From: Oligoflexales bacterium | Lineage (GTDB): Bacteria > Bdellovibrionota_B > Oligoflexia > Oligoflexales > Bog-1112 | NCBI GenBank assembly: GCA_045105515.1 | Contig: JBGCDR010000234.1 | Coordinates: 1 to 38,376 of the forward strand | Reading direction: 5' to 3' | Length of the DNA: 38,376 nucleotides | In this document: positions 29,116 through 38,226 of the stretch, one piece after another | How positions within the stretch are numbered: position 1 is the first letter of the stretch | How the letters are laid out: each line of letters starts with the position of its first letter | Position numbers and translations under genes: made by a program | The notes under the pieces: model-generated | Database searches by the model: none | What the model was told of the DNA's origin: nothing | Seen by the model: only the letters and a program-made list of their open reading frames with translations

Positions 29116-29142
29116 TAAAAAAATTGCTGGATAGTCCGATTG
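29116..29142 (+). promoter_or_regulatory. Sigma-28-like promoter for the ABC/hemerythrin/HlyD operon
   Basis: TAAA-N15-TCCGATTG. Confidence 0.5.
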
Positions 29143-29198
29143 GGAAACACATAGAATCGCAAGAACCCTGGCTATGTAATACAAGGTTTAAAAGCTCG

Positions 29199-30914
29199 AT
29201 GAAGCTATTAGGTCAAACTGCAGTCATTAAACTGTCATTGAAAAGATCTTTAGATCTGATCCTGGCAACTTTTATGATAAACCTGCTTGGTTTAGCTCTA
29301 CCTTTGAGCCTAATGCAAGTGTATGATCGCATCATTCCCAACAAGGGATTAGATTCGCTAACATGGCTAGTCATCGGTTGTAGCATTGCCATTTTTCTTG
29401 AAGCTCTCCTTAGATTTTGCCGGGATCAGGTTAGCAACTGGATTGGAAGTATCTATGAACACAAACTAGACTATAACATTTTTAAAAAAATACTAAATTC
29501 AGACCTTAAAGCAGTTCAATCTGAAAACACCAGTGCATTAATGGAGAAAATCAGCCTAGTTTCTACTCTGCAAAGTTTCTATTGCAAACAATTTTTCGAG
29601 ACCATTATTGAAATCCCATTTTCATTTCTATACCTGTATACCCTAGCATTCTTAAACTTCGGGCTTGCAATGTGGATTTTTGGGGTCGTTTTAATCATGT
29701 TTGCAATCGTTATTGTCTTAAGACCTTTTTATAAGAGAGCAAGAATCTATCGTAGCAAAGCAAATAGTGAAAAACTTGACATCATCATGGATGGAATAAG
29801 CAAGATTCACTTTGTGAAAGCATTCGCTCAGGAAGATAAATACGTAGCAAAAATTGAACAAGATCAAGCGAAACAAAGCAAAGCTGATTTTTGGGTAAGC
29901 ATTTTAGGTTCCATACCAGGTAATGTTGGCATGCTCATTTCGCAGCTCACTCTTTTTATAATTTTAGGCCTGGGAGCGGCGGATGTTATCAACGGTAGGA
30001 TGACGATCGGGGTCCTGACCGCATGCATGATGATTGGATCAAGGCTCGTCCAACCAGCTCAAAGCCTAGCTAATTATTGGCTTAGAAGTTCTGAATTATC
30101 GTATGCTAAAGAAAAAGTTTCAGAAATTTTTAAGTTGCCTGATGCAGATACAGAGGAAAAAGTCAGTGTTGATGCTGATGTCAGAGGCGACATTTATATT
30201 GAAAACGTTTTTTATCGAAATACTGAAGAGTCGAAATTCCTGCTTGAAGATTTAACTCTTAAGATCGAAGAAAAGGAAATGATCGGTATTTCAGCATCTG
30301 AATCGGAATATGCTTCAAAACTACTACAGCTAATTGCTGGCCTTTCAAAACCGGAGCGAGGAAACATCTATATTGATGATCTTGGACTTAGCTGCTGGCC
30401 AGAGGAAACTTTAAGAACAAGAGTCGCGTTCCTTTCTGGAGAGCCATCACTGGTCAAAGGTACCATTATCGAGAACCTAACTCTTTTTGATCCGCAAAAA
30501 ACTGAGACAGCGCTAGATACTGCAATGATGGTTAACTTAGACGAAGCTGTTTCACAGTTACCGAAGGGTTACGATACCATGCTTGATCGGGAATCTAAAA
30601 AATCAATTCCTGCAAGCCTTATTCAATTAATTGCCTTGACTAGAATTTTAACTGAACGCCCTAGCATCATTTTACTAGACAACGCAGATGCACAATTTGA
30701 CCAAAAATCACTCCAAGTTTTTTCTGAAATTATTCAGAAACTTAAAGGAAAAACCACTATTATCATGGTTACTGACAATGAAGATCTTTTAAAAAAATCA
30801 GACCGTATTATTTATATAAAATCCGGAAAAATTTCGGGAACCTCTCGTTTTTCAATCTTATCAGCTGTAAAGGAAAGTAAGGTAAAGATTTGGAAAAAGG
30901 GGGTAATCGCTTGA
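29199..30914 (+). CDS. T1SS ABC transporter subunit 1 (TMD plus degenerate NBD), likely start ATG 29199
   Basis: INLLGLALPLSLMQVYDRIIPN, INGRMTIGVLTACMM, GTIIENL, LPKGYDT. Walker A replaced by SASESEYAS. Confidence 0.92.
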   Translation: MKLLGQTAVIKLSLKRSLDLILATFMINLLGLALPLSLMQVYDRIIPNKGLDSLTWLVIGCSIAIFLEALLRFCRDQVSNWIGSIYEHKLDYNIFKKILNSDLKAVQSENTSALMEKISLVSTLQSFYCKQFFETIIEIPFSFLYLYTLAFLNFGLAMWIFGVVLIMFAIVIVLRPFYKRARIYRSKANSEKLDIIMDGISKIHFVKAFAQEDKYVAKIEQDQAKQSKADFWVSILGSIPGNVGMLISQLTLFIILGLGAADVINGRMTIGVLTACMMIGSRLVQPAQSLANYWLRSSELSYAKEKVSEIFKLPDADTEEKVSVDADVRGDIYIENVFYRNTEESKFLLEDLTLKIEEKEMIGISASESEYASKLLQLIAGLSKPERGNIYIDDLGLSCWPEETLRTRVAFLSGEPSLVKGTIIENLTLFDPQKTETALDTAMMVNLDEAVSQLPKGYDTMLDRESKKSIPASLIQLIALTRILTERPSIILLDNADAQFDQKSLQVFSEIIQKLKGKTTIIMVTDNEDLLKKSDRIIYIKSGKISGTSRFSILSAVKESKVKIWKKGVIA

Positions 30915-32233
30915 CTCAATTAGGAAAAATCGACACTGTGAAAAAGGCGAAAACAAAAAAACCTACCAAAATGATAAAAGATCATGTTTGGAATAAATGG
31001 ATTACTCATTCAGCCAGAACCTATGCAGATATTCAAGATGTTGTACCGCAAGTGGAATTACCATCAATATCAACAGGCCATCAACAAATTCTTGAACGCA
31101 CTCTTAGTATTAAAGATTTTATCCAATCGAACTCTGGAAAATCAATTAATCAAAAAAGTGTGTACGAATGTCGCAGATTAATTTCAGAGCTACTCGACTA
31201 TGCAACTTTATTTTTCGACTATGAGGACAAGCTCCTAAGAGAACTTCAGGTACCAACAGCAAGGGAACACATTACGGCTCATCGTGAACTTGAACATGTG
31301 ATTAGCGAAGTTCTTAACCGCTTTGTGCATGGCAAGATTGGCTTAAGCTCCGATCTATATATATCGTTATTAGATACTATCTTGGATCACATCAGAACAA
31401 TAGATGTTCCTTCATATCGTATTTCAAACTTAAAAAAATTCCTAAATCAAGAACACACTTACGACAGCCTGAGGCCAGCTCTGAAGCTTTCAGGAATTCA
31501 ATTGATCGATGCTCCTATTTATTCGGTAACTTCAAATATTCTCTTGGCAATTAGTGATAAAAAATCAAAACCAGAAGCCTTGAGAGAAACAGTTCTAAGT
31601 AGTCTTAAGGAATATATTTCTACAGAGGAACAATTTCTAAAAGAATGCAATAATATTAGCAATTTTAGCCAACAACAGACCGAGCACGAAGAATTAATTG
31701 AAGTTGCAGAAGATTCCGAGTCAGAGAACGATTTCAAAGCATTGCTGCAACAATGGTTGTACCACACAAATCTACTGGATTTTGAGACCCACAACTTCAA
31801 AAATTGGTCAAAAATAACTTTACAAGTCACTGAAGAACTCGACGACATCGAACATATATTTAAAATTTGCAAACATGATATTATGGCCTCTCATCATAAA
31901 GAGATCCTCGAATTTTTAATTGAGACGCCAGTGCTTAGTGATACCAGTAGTACTGAAGAATCTAAACAGAAGTTCATTGATGACTTTGAAAAAAAGCTAA
32001 ATAGAATGTTCAAACTAGAAGAAGAAATATTAGCTTTTTCGAACATACATCGCTTTTTTACGGTTAGCCATAGTTTTGAGCATAAAAAAATTAAAAGCCA
32101 AGTCATCTATTTGAGAAAGATTCTTAGCACCAATCGTTACCGATTTTCGCAAAACTTAAAAACAAGTCTAATAGAAAATCTGTTGATCTACTTTAACTAT
32201 CAGGACATCTTGCTTTATGGAGAAGAGCGTTAA
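30911..32233 (+). CDS. Protein with three tandem degenerate hemerythrin-like domains
   Basis: Repeated H..(x)FxxEE..HxxxH..HxxxxD spacing, e.g. GHQQ/FDYED/EHITAH/DHIRTID. TTG overlaps the upstream TGA (TTGA), with an AAGGGGG RBS. Confidence 0.8.
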   Translation: MTQLGKIDTVKKAKTKKPTKMIKDHVWNKWITHSARTYADIQDVVPQVELPSISTGHQQILERTLSIKDFIQSNSGKSINQKSVYECRRLISELLDYATLFFDYEDKLLRELQVPTAREHITAHRELEHVISEVLNRFVHGKIGLSSDLYISLLDTILDHIRTIDVPSYRISNLKKFLNQEHTYDSLRPALKLSGIQLIDAPIYSVTSNILLAISDKKSKPEALRETVLSSLKEYISTEEQFLKECNNISNFSQQQTEHEELIEVAEDSESENDFKALLQQWLYHTNLLDFETHNFKNWSKITLQVTEELDDIEHIFKICKHDIMASHHKEILEFLIETPVLSDTSSTEESKQKFIDDFEKKLNRMFKLEEEILAFSNIHRFFTVSHSFEHKKIKSQVIYLRKILSTNRYRFSQNLKTSLIENLLIYFNYQDILLYGEER

Positions 32234-34289
32234 TTCTCTTTACAAAAAATGTATTGTCCCACTTCTCAATGAGCTAAATTGGTCTGGAGATCTATCACGT
32301 TTTGATAATACTCCCATAGAGAATATCCAACACCTATTAAACAGCCTGGCTGAGATACGATTTATTGGCAACATTAAATCTACACGATTTGATCAAATTG
32401 ATTCAACGCACTTACCTTGCATTTTTGTGCCAAATACTACCAAAGCGCCACTAGTTATCACCAAATTAGAGGGTAAGAAAGTATTCTTTTTCAATAGTGG
32501 CCTTGAACGCTATGAAGTTAGCGACAAAAGACGTATTAGAGGACAGGTTTCATATTTTAGAACCCTTGGCATGGAAGAAAAGACCTTGGAGCAAAAGCGC
32601 TCAAAATGGTTCTTTTCAATGCTAAAAAGATTCAAAGCTTACGTAAGTCTTGGAACTCTTATCACTTCGACGATTGCCATCCTTGGGGTCGTATCGCCTT
32701 TCTTGGTGATGCTAGTGTTTGGACAAATAGCTGCATCGTCCGATTCGGGTAATCTCAATTTTCTTTGGATTGGAATATTACTCTATCTATTGGCACTAAT
32801 TGGCTTTAGAATGCTAAGATCTTACACCTTGGGATATGTAGGATCAAGAATAGGCTTTCTAATTTCAAATCAAGTCTTAAAAAGAATATTTCTATTACCG
32901 CCTTCTTTTACAGAAATGTCTTCCCTGGGAGCTCAATTAGCTAGGATAAAAGACTTCGAGTCCATGCAAGATTTTTTTTATGGACAATCCTTGCCTACAC
33001 TCTTCGAAATACCCTTTTTAGGCATATTAGTTGGAATATTATTTTACCTCGGTGGACCGGTTGGCTACGTCCCCATAGCTTCGGGTCTAACTCTGGCTCT
33101 CCTCAGCACCATTGTTTTTAAACTTCGTAAGCAGAACGCAGATATGAGCCAAAGCTTTAAACAAAAAAAAGAATTTCAACTAGAAACTTTGAACAATTTA
33201 CGAAATATCAAGGCCATGCGTATTGTGGAGATATGGCTCGAGCGTTACAGAGTAGTTTCAGCAAGTGCCTCCTTACAATCTTATTATTCCACATTTTCAG
33301 GCAGTTTTATGGAAGCCTTTGCAAGTGCAATCATTTCATGTTCTGGCTTGGCAACTATGGCAATCGGAGTTAATGAAATCATAAATGGTCGAATGACTGC
33401 TCCTGAGTTAATGGGTTGCATCCTTCTTAGCATGAGAGTTCTTGCACCTGTCAAGGGAACTTTTAATTTGACCAATCAGATGAGTAAGCTTAACAATAGT
33501 GTTAAACAGCTTGACATGTTAATGAACCTTCCCATTGAAAGTCGTGAAGAGCAGAATACTAAGTCATTTGAACGTCCTTTAGAAGGTCATGTATCATTTA
33601 AAATGGTGTCGCTACGGTATACCCAAGATTCTCATCCAGCTCTCCTTGGAGTTTCTTTTGATATTAAACCTGGTGAAACTGTGATGATTACAGGCCACGG
33701 AGGTGCAGGAAAAACTAGTATATTAAAGCTAATTATGGGTATGTACTTCCCCCAGTCTGGACAAATCTTAGTTGACAAGCTCAATACCAAGCAGCTAAAT
33801 CCTAGCCTATTAAGAAAAAAAGTCGCATACCTACCTGAGCGATCATTTCACTTTAAAGGTACTATTAAAGATAACTTTCTATCAGCGAACCCCAAAGCAA
33901 ATGACCAAATGATAAGCGAAGCTCTCGCGCAAACAGGACTCCTTGTTGATATTGAGAAACTTAGCGAGGGTATTGACACAGAGCTAAGCCCGAGTTTATT
34001 GCAACAAGTAAGCCCATCTTTTTTGCGCAGACTCAATATTTCTATGCTATTTGTTAAAGAGTCAGGACTTTGGCTTTTAGATAACCCCAGTGTAGACCTC
34101 GAAGACATGCATACACGGCAACTATTGGCTACTTTGCAAGCTTATAAGGGCAATACAAGCATTATTATCGCAACACAGAACCTTAATTTTTTAAATATTG
34201 CAGATAAGGTTCTATACCTTAATGCGGGACGAGTAACTGCATTTGGAAAACCAGAAGATGTTGTAAAGCGTCTTAGTTCAGCTGCTTAA
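32217..34289 (+). CDS. T1SS ABC transporter subunit 2 (C39-like N-terminal domain, TMD, NBD)
   Basis: N-terminal PLLNELNW..HLPCIFVP, TMD, Walker A GHGGAGKTS, Walker B LWLLDNP. Confidence 0.92.
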   Translation: MEKSVNSLYKKCIVPLLNELNWSGDLSRFDNTPIENIQHLLNSLAEIRFIGNIKSTRFDQIDSTHLPCIFVPNTTKAPLVITKLEGKKVFFFNSGLERYEVSDKRRIRGQVSYFRTLGMEEKTLEQKRSKWFFSMLKRFKAYVSLGTLITSTIAILGVVSPFLVMLVFGQIAASSDSGNLNFLWIGILLYLLALIGFRMLRSYTLGYVGSRIGFLISNQVLKRIFLLPPSFTEMSSLGAQLARIKDFESMQDFFYGQSLPTLFEIPFLGILVGILFYLGGPVGYVPIASGLTLALLSTIVFKLRKQNADMSQSFKQKKEFQLETLNNLRNIKAMRIVEIWLERYRVVSASASLQSYYSTFSGSFMEAFASAIISCSGLATMAIGVNEIINGRMTAPELMGCILLSMRVLAPVKGTFNLTNQMSKLNNSVKQLDMLMNLPIESREEQNTKSFERPLEGHVSFKMVSLRYTQDSHPALLGVSFDIKPGETVMITGHGGAGKTSILKLIMGMYFPQSGQILVDKLNTKQLNPSLLRKKVAYLPERSFHFKGTIKDNFLSANPKANDQMISEALAQTGLLVDIEKLSEGIDTELSPSLLQQVSPSFLRRLNISMLFVKESGLWLLDNPSVDLEDMHTRQLLATLQAYKGNTSIIIATQNLNFLNIADKVLYLNAGRVTAFGKPEDVVKRLSSAA

Positions 34290-34300
34290 GGAGTCATTGC

Positions 34301-35269
34301 ATGTTTCAAAATACTGACGAACATATTTCAAGCTCTATTTTGTTGGAAGAAAAAGGTGGTCTTGGTATCCAACGTTTCATATTTTTATTCTCGTTTTTCT
34401 TAGTTGGGTCTTTCGTTCTCTGGGCCATTCATACGGAATTGGACGAAGTAGCAGTCGGAAACGGAATGTTGGTACCTAAAGATAGCATACAGGTGGTCCA
34501 ACATGTTTACGGAGGCAAGATTAAAAAAGTATTCATAAAAGATGGTGCTCATGTCAAATCTGGTCAAAATTTATTCGCCTTCGATCCTAAAGAAGCCAAC
34601 GATTCACTAAAGCGTATCAAAAGCCAAATAAAATCAGAACTAGTCAAATATCGATCTCTAGCTGCAGAGTTGAAAGAAAAGAAAAAACTGGCTCGCCAGG
34701 GTGTTTTCCCCAGAATGCAATTGAAAAGCCTACTTAGAACTCTTAAGGAAAGCGAAGGAAAGATAACAGACTTTAAAATAAGGCGTAATATCTTAAGGAA
34801 AAACCTTCAGGATTTAACATTGAAGGCACCAATTTCTGGGGTCGTTTTCAACTTAAAAGCTAAAAAATCCAGTTATGTGAGCAAACCAGGAGAAGTTCTT
34901 TTAGAGATCGTCCCTGATGGCAATAAACTCATCGCTGAAATCAATATAAAACCAGCTGATATTGGCCATATCAGAACTAAACAAGCGGTTATGCTAAAAT
35001 TCAGCACCTATGACTTCAACCGTTATGGAGGGCTGAAAGGCATGATTGCATCTATCTCCCCTAGCACCATCATTGCTGGTGACAACCAACCTGTTTACAA
35101 GGCTATCGTCTTGATAGAGCGCACTTCCTTGACAAATGATGCTTCTAAAACGCCTCTAATTCCTGGTATGACTTTAACTGCTGATATCAGGGTAGGCTCT
35201 AAGTCTATAATGGAGTACTTACTAAAACCAATTTTTTCATCTGCCCAAAGTGCTTTTAGAGAACGATAA
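34301..35269 (+). CDS. HlyD-family T1SS periplasmic adaptor
   Basis: WA..ELDEVAVGNG..VVQH..GG.IKKVFIKDG, LKAPISG, PGEVLLEIVP, DIGHI, YDFNRYG, LIPGMT..YLLKPI..AFRER. Confidence 0.95.
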   Translation: MFQNTDEHISSSILLEEKGGLGIQRFIFLFSFFLVGSFVLWAIHTELDEVAVGNGMLVPKDSIQVVQHVYGGKIKKVFIKDGAHVKSGQNLFAFDPKEANDSLKRIKSQIKSELVKYRSLAAELKEKKKLARQGVFPRMQLKSLLRTLKESEGKITDFKIRRNILRKNLQDLTLKAPISGVVFNLKAKKSSYVSKPGEVLLEIVPDGNKLIAEINIKPADIGHIRTKQAVMLKFSTYDFNRYGGLKGMIASISPSTIIAGDNQPVYKAIVLIERTSLTNDASKTPLIPGMTLTADIRVGSKSIMEYLLKPIFSSAQSAFRER

Positions 35270-35312
35270 ACAATCAGAGAATACAGGAACCATTCAGATA
35301 TCAGATATATGA

Positions 35313-35766
35313 GTAACAGGTACAACTAGGGGGAGGTTGTCGGTTTAATTGCTACATGATTATCTACTTATAAAATTAAGGAGGTATCATGGATCTGGAA
35401 AGCTAGGCTCGGCGCATTAGTCGGATTAAGGAAAAAAGTAAAAGTGGTAAGTATAAATATCCGGCGAATATCAAAACACAGGCCCTCAAATATATAAGTC
35501 AAAACCAAGATAAAAAAATAGGCGAGCTGTCCGAGGACTTAGGAATTTCAACTCAGTGTTTATCCAAGTGGCTTAAGTCTAGCAACATAAAAATTAATCA
35601 GCAAAAAATCAAAAATCCTAACCCAATTAAAAAAGCAGAAGATACTCAAGAACCACAATCTCAGTTTATTCATGTAAACTATGAAGATACTAACCTACTT
35701 AAAAATAAGCCCGATTCTGACTTAATCGAAGTTCAACTTATAAAGTTTTGCAAAGGAGGAAATTAA
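35313..35766 (+). mobile_element. IS66-like left-end relic: tnpA (HTH) pseudogene with in-frame stop
   Basis: AAGGAGG RBS, ATG35389 MDLES*ARR..YPANIKTQA..IGELSEDLGISTQCLSKWLK..QFIHV..LIEVQL. GTAA-starting candidate end at 35313. No tnpB or tnpC follows. Confidence 0.6.
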
Positions 35767-36089
35767 CAAATTCATCAGTCCCAAAGTGATACCATTTAAC
35801 CGCAAATACTTCTTCTTCCTTGTTTGATCTAATACTTCATCTATAGCCTCTGAATAAGCATTGTAACAATCTTTTATTATTGAGCTCCCCTCCCCAAAAA
35901 CTTCTTTGATAAAAAACTTATCTTGAGGGCGATCTTCTTGATATAGTGGTGGATTTAATTTGTAATCTAACTTGACAACGGAATACATGTAATTTTTCGG
36001 AACATCTATAAGTGTACTCACTGTCGTATAACATCCCCGATCAAGAAAAGGTTTACAGTGAAAAATAAAGTACCAAAGTTAAGTGGCAT
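35722..36089 (-). pseudogene. Frameshifted putative lipoprotein
   Basis: GAGGGG RBS and ATG36089 give MPLNFGTLFFTVNLFLIG. One extra G in G4 (36035-36038) gives LIGGC-YTTVSTLIDV in frame with ORF 35722..36021. Confidence 0.5.
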
Positions 36090-36116
36090 TTACCCCTCAG
36101 AACTAATGAAAGTCAT

Positions 36117-36651
36117 TTATTTACAAACAAAGCCGAATCTATCTTCAGAAAAAACACCTTGTTGTTCACTTAAGCATCTTTGAAAAACGGCACTTGACTC
36201 CTCATTTTCAATAATAGCTAATAAAGTATAAAGCGAAGCAAAATTCTCTTTCTCGCACTGGAAATAAAAAACTTCGGAAAAACTTGAGCTTGTAATTTGA
36301 ATCCACTTACCGTCTTCAGAATCTGGGCAATATATGGCACGATTCTTAGTATCAGTGCCTCCAAGAAACAAATCGTTGTACTCATTTTTACATCGAATAA
36401 TATTATCCTATGCTTAAAGTATATCCTTCTAAATTACAATGAACGTGCTGAAACTGTTTTGCTCGGGGCGTAGGAGCACCATGCATCGAGGGATTTTTCA
36501 TACAAATAAATATCCCTGTATCATCCATTTGTAAGTTATCCCTATATTCTTGACAGTCATCTTTTCTGCATCCTTCTGAAATAATATATAATATGGTCAT
36601 TAGAATAGATATTTTAAACTTCATAAATAAGGGATTTAATCTTATAGTCAT
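36117..36651 (-). pseudogene. Cys-rich lipoprotein probably split by a frameshift (ORFs 36403..36651 and 36117..36371)
   Basis: Signal MKFKISILMTILYIISEGC. Deleting one G at 36407-36408 joins YTLSI to DNIIRCKNEYNDLFLGGTD, which is open into the second ORF. Confidence 0.5.
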
Positions 36652-36820
36652 CTATAGCCCTTAAGTAAATTATTGACTTCATTAATATTCTGATCAAACT
36701 TTTTGTAAATAATGTCTAAAATTAAATAAGGCTAGCCAAGTTAGTACGTATATCAATGTGGAAATATAGGTTTTAGATTATTAGAAATATTTAGTATCTT
36801 ATGTCTGCAGTTCTTGGGCT

Positions 36821-36859
36821 GCTCTGCGGTAACTTGACCACTGCAGGTTACCGCAGAGC
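36821..36859 (-). terminator. 13-bp perfect GC-rich hairpin downstream of the lipoprotein gene
   Basis: gctctgcggtaac pairs with gttaccgcagagc, 14 nt past the stop at 36874. No U-tract. Confidence 0.6.
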
Positions 36860-36873
36860 CTTGCTATCATTTT

Positions 36874-37899
36874 CTAGTTATTCAGCCTGAATTCGTCACA
36901 GTCCATTTGGTGCACATTTTTACCGGACCCGCTTGGGTCTTCAAAATTATTCAATAAGATATCATACGCCCCTTCATCATTGCTACATTTCTGCTTAGTT
37001 TTCCAAGGCTCTAATGCACAGGGAGAATGAATAAATAGTTCACCATTTGCTTTATTCTTGACCACTTTGAGGCAAGAGTTCATGTTATTATTGGGTCCAA
37101 TATAAATCTCTTCATTCTGTGTGATCCTTGCCGGTGCTGACGTATCAGGCACAAAGTGTGCTGCATTTGATTTTCTTTTCTCATGATAGTTTTCATTGTT
37201 ACCATTACATTTACATTCTACGGGCGCCATTCCATTGTCTACCTCGGGGCAATGAAGCCTGTTTCCTCCCTCTAGCCTTATATTTCGATCGCCAAATTTT
37301 ACCCAAGACTGTTTATTCCCCAAATTTCTAGATACTCTTACTTCCGAACCCGAACAGTAGACGAAGTACCATTTGTTATTGCTCTTTACCACAAGCGTAT
37401 TAGGCGCTAATTTTATATCGTCATCATCTTCATCTTCAGGTGGATTTTGATTGGGAAGCTCACATGTTTCATTTCCTGGCTGTTCAATATCGTTCTCAAT
37501 CATAAATGTAAAACCATGTTCATTGCTATCTTTTTCTTCTTTTAGTCCATTTGGATTCAGGCAAACGAAATTTTCGGAACACTCTTGACTATTATCACAG
37601 TCGCCTTCTCCTTGCCCTAGTAATGGAACACCAGATGGGTCTTCCATGGGCTCATCTTTCGCATCAGGATCTTCCATCGGTTCACCATTCGTATCAGGAC
37701 TTTCCTCCGGCTTATCAGATGAATCAGACCCAGTAGTCGATGAGCCTGGGATATCTGATGAAACATTTTCACTTTGAGATATTTGTTCGTATTCAGACTT
37801 TGGCTTTGATTTGCTACATGAGATAAGAGAAATAATACCAATAATAATAAACACATTCCGAAAAAACTGAAATTTTCCTGTCAAATCTAGCATATTCAA
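36874..37899 (-). CDS. Cys-rich lipoprotein with acidic Ser/Pro linker
   Basis: Lipobox LISC, EPMEDP x2 linker, GEGDCDNSQECSENFVC module and many further Cys. AGAGGAG RBS. Confidence 0.85.
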   Translation of the reverse strand: MNMLDLTGKFQFFRNVFIIIGIISLISCSKSKPKSEYEQISQSENVSSDIPGSSTTGSDSSDKPEESPDTNGEPMEDPDAKDEPMEDPSGVPLLGQGEGDCDNSQECSENFVCLNPNGLKEEKDSNEHGFTFMIENDIEQPGNETCELPNQNPPEDEDDDDIKLAPNTLVVKSNNKWYFVYCSGSEVRVSRNLGNKQSWVKFGDRNIRLEGGNRLHCPEVDNGMAPVECKCNGNNENYHEKRKSNAAHFVPDTSAPARITQNEEIYIGPNNNMNSCLKVVKNKANGELFIHSPCALEPWKTKQKCSNDEGAYDILLNNFEDPSGSGKNVHQMDCDEFRLNN

Positions 37900-38226
37900 G
37901 CACTCCTCTTGTTTGTCAGGTCATCGTCATTTATTACAGAATAAATTAATTTTATTTTATAAATACCTAACATTTATTGTTAATTTTATCTAACCAGCAA
38001 TTTTATTAATTTATATTATTATTTCAACATTTTAAGTAATATGTAATTCGCTTCACAGATGCACTTTAAATAACTCGAAATTTGCCCCAAAAACAAATAG
38101 CTACATCACAAGTTCGAAGTTTCTGGTAAAAAAGCACTCCAAGTATATTCTCGCTAAACTATTATAGCCTGCGTTTATTATATATTACTTTACAACGCTT
38201 AATTTTTCCCTCAATAGCTGAACATA

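Noticed and set aside
29124..29198. TTG 29124 start for ABC1
   Set aside because: It lies inside the sigma-28-like promoter spacer, and ATG 29199 fits better.
37935..38045. Very AT-rich tract as a replication origin
   Set aside because: No DnaA-box cluster, iterons or rep gene were seen. It is more simply a promoter or UP-element region of the lipoprotein gene.
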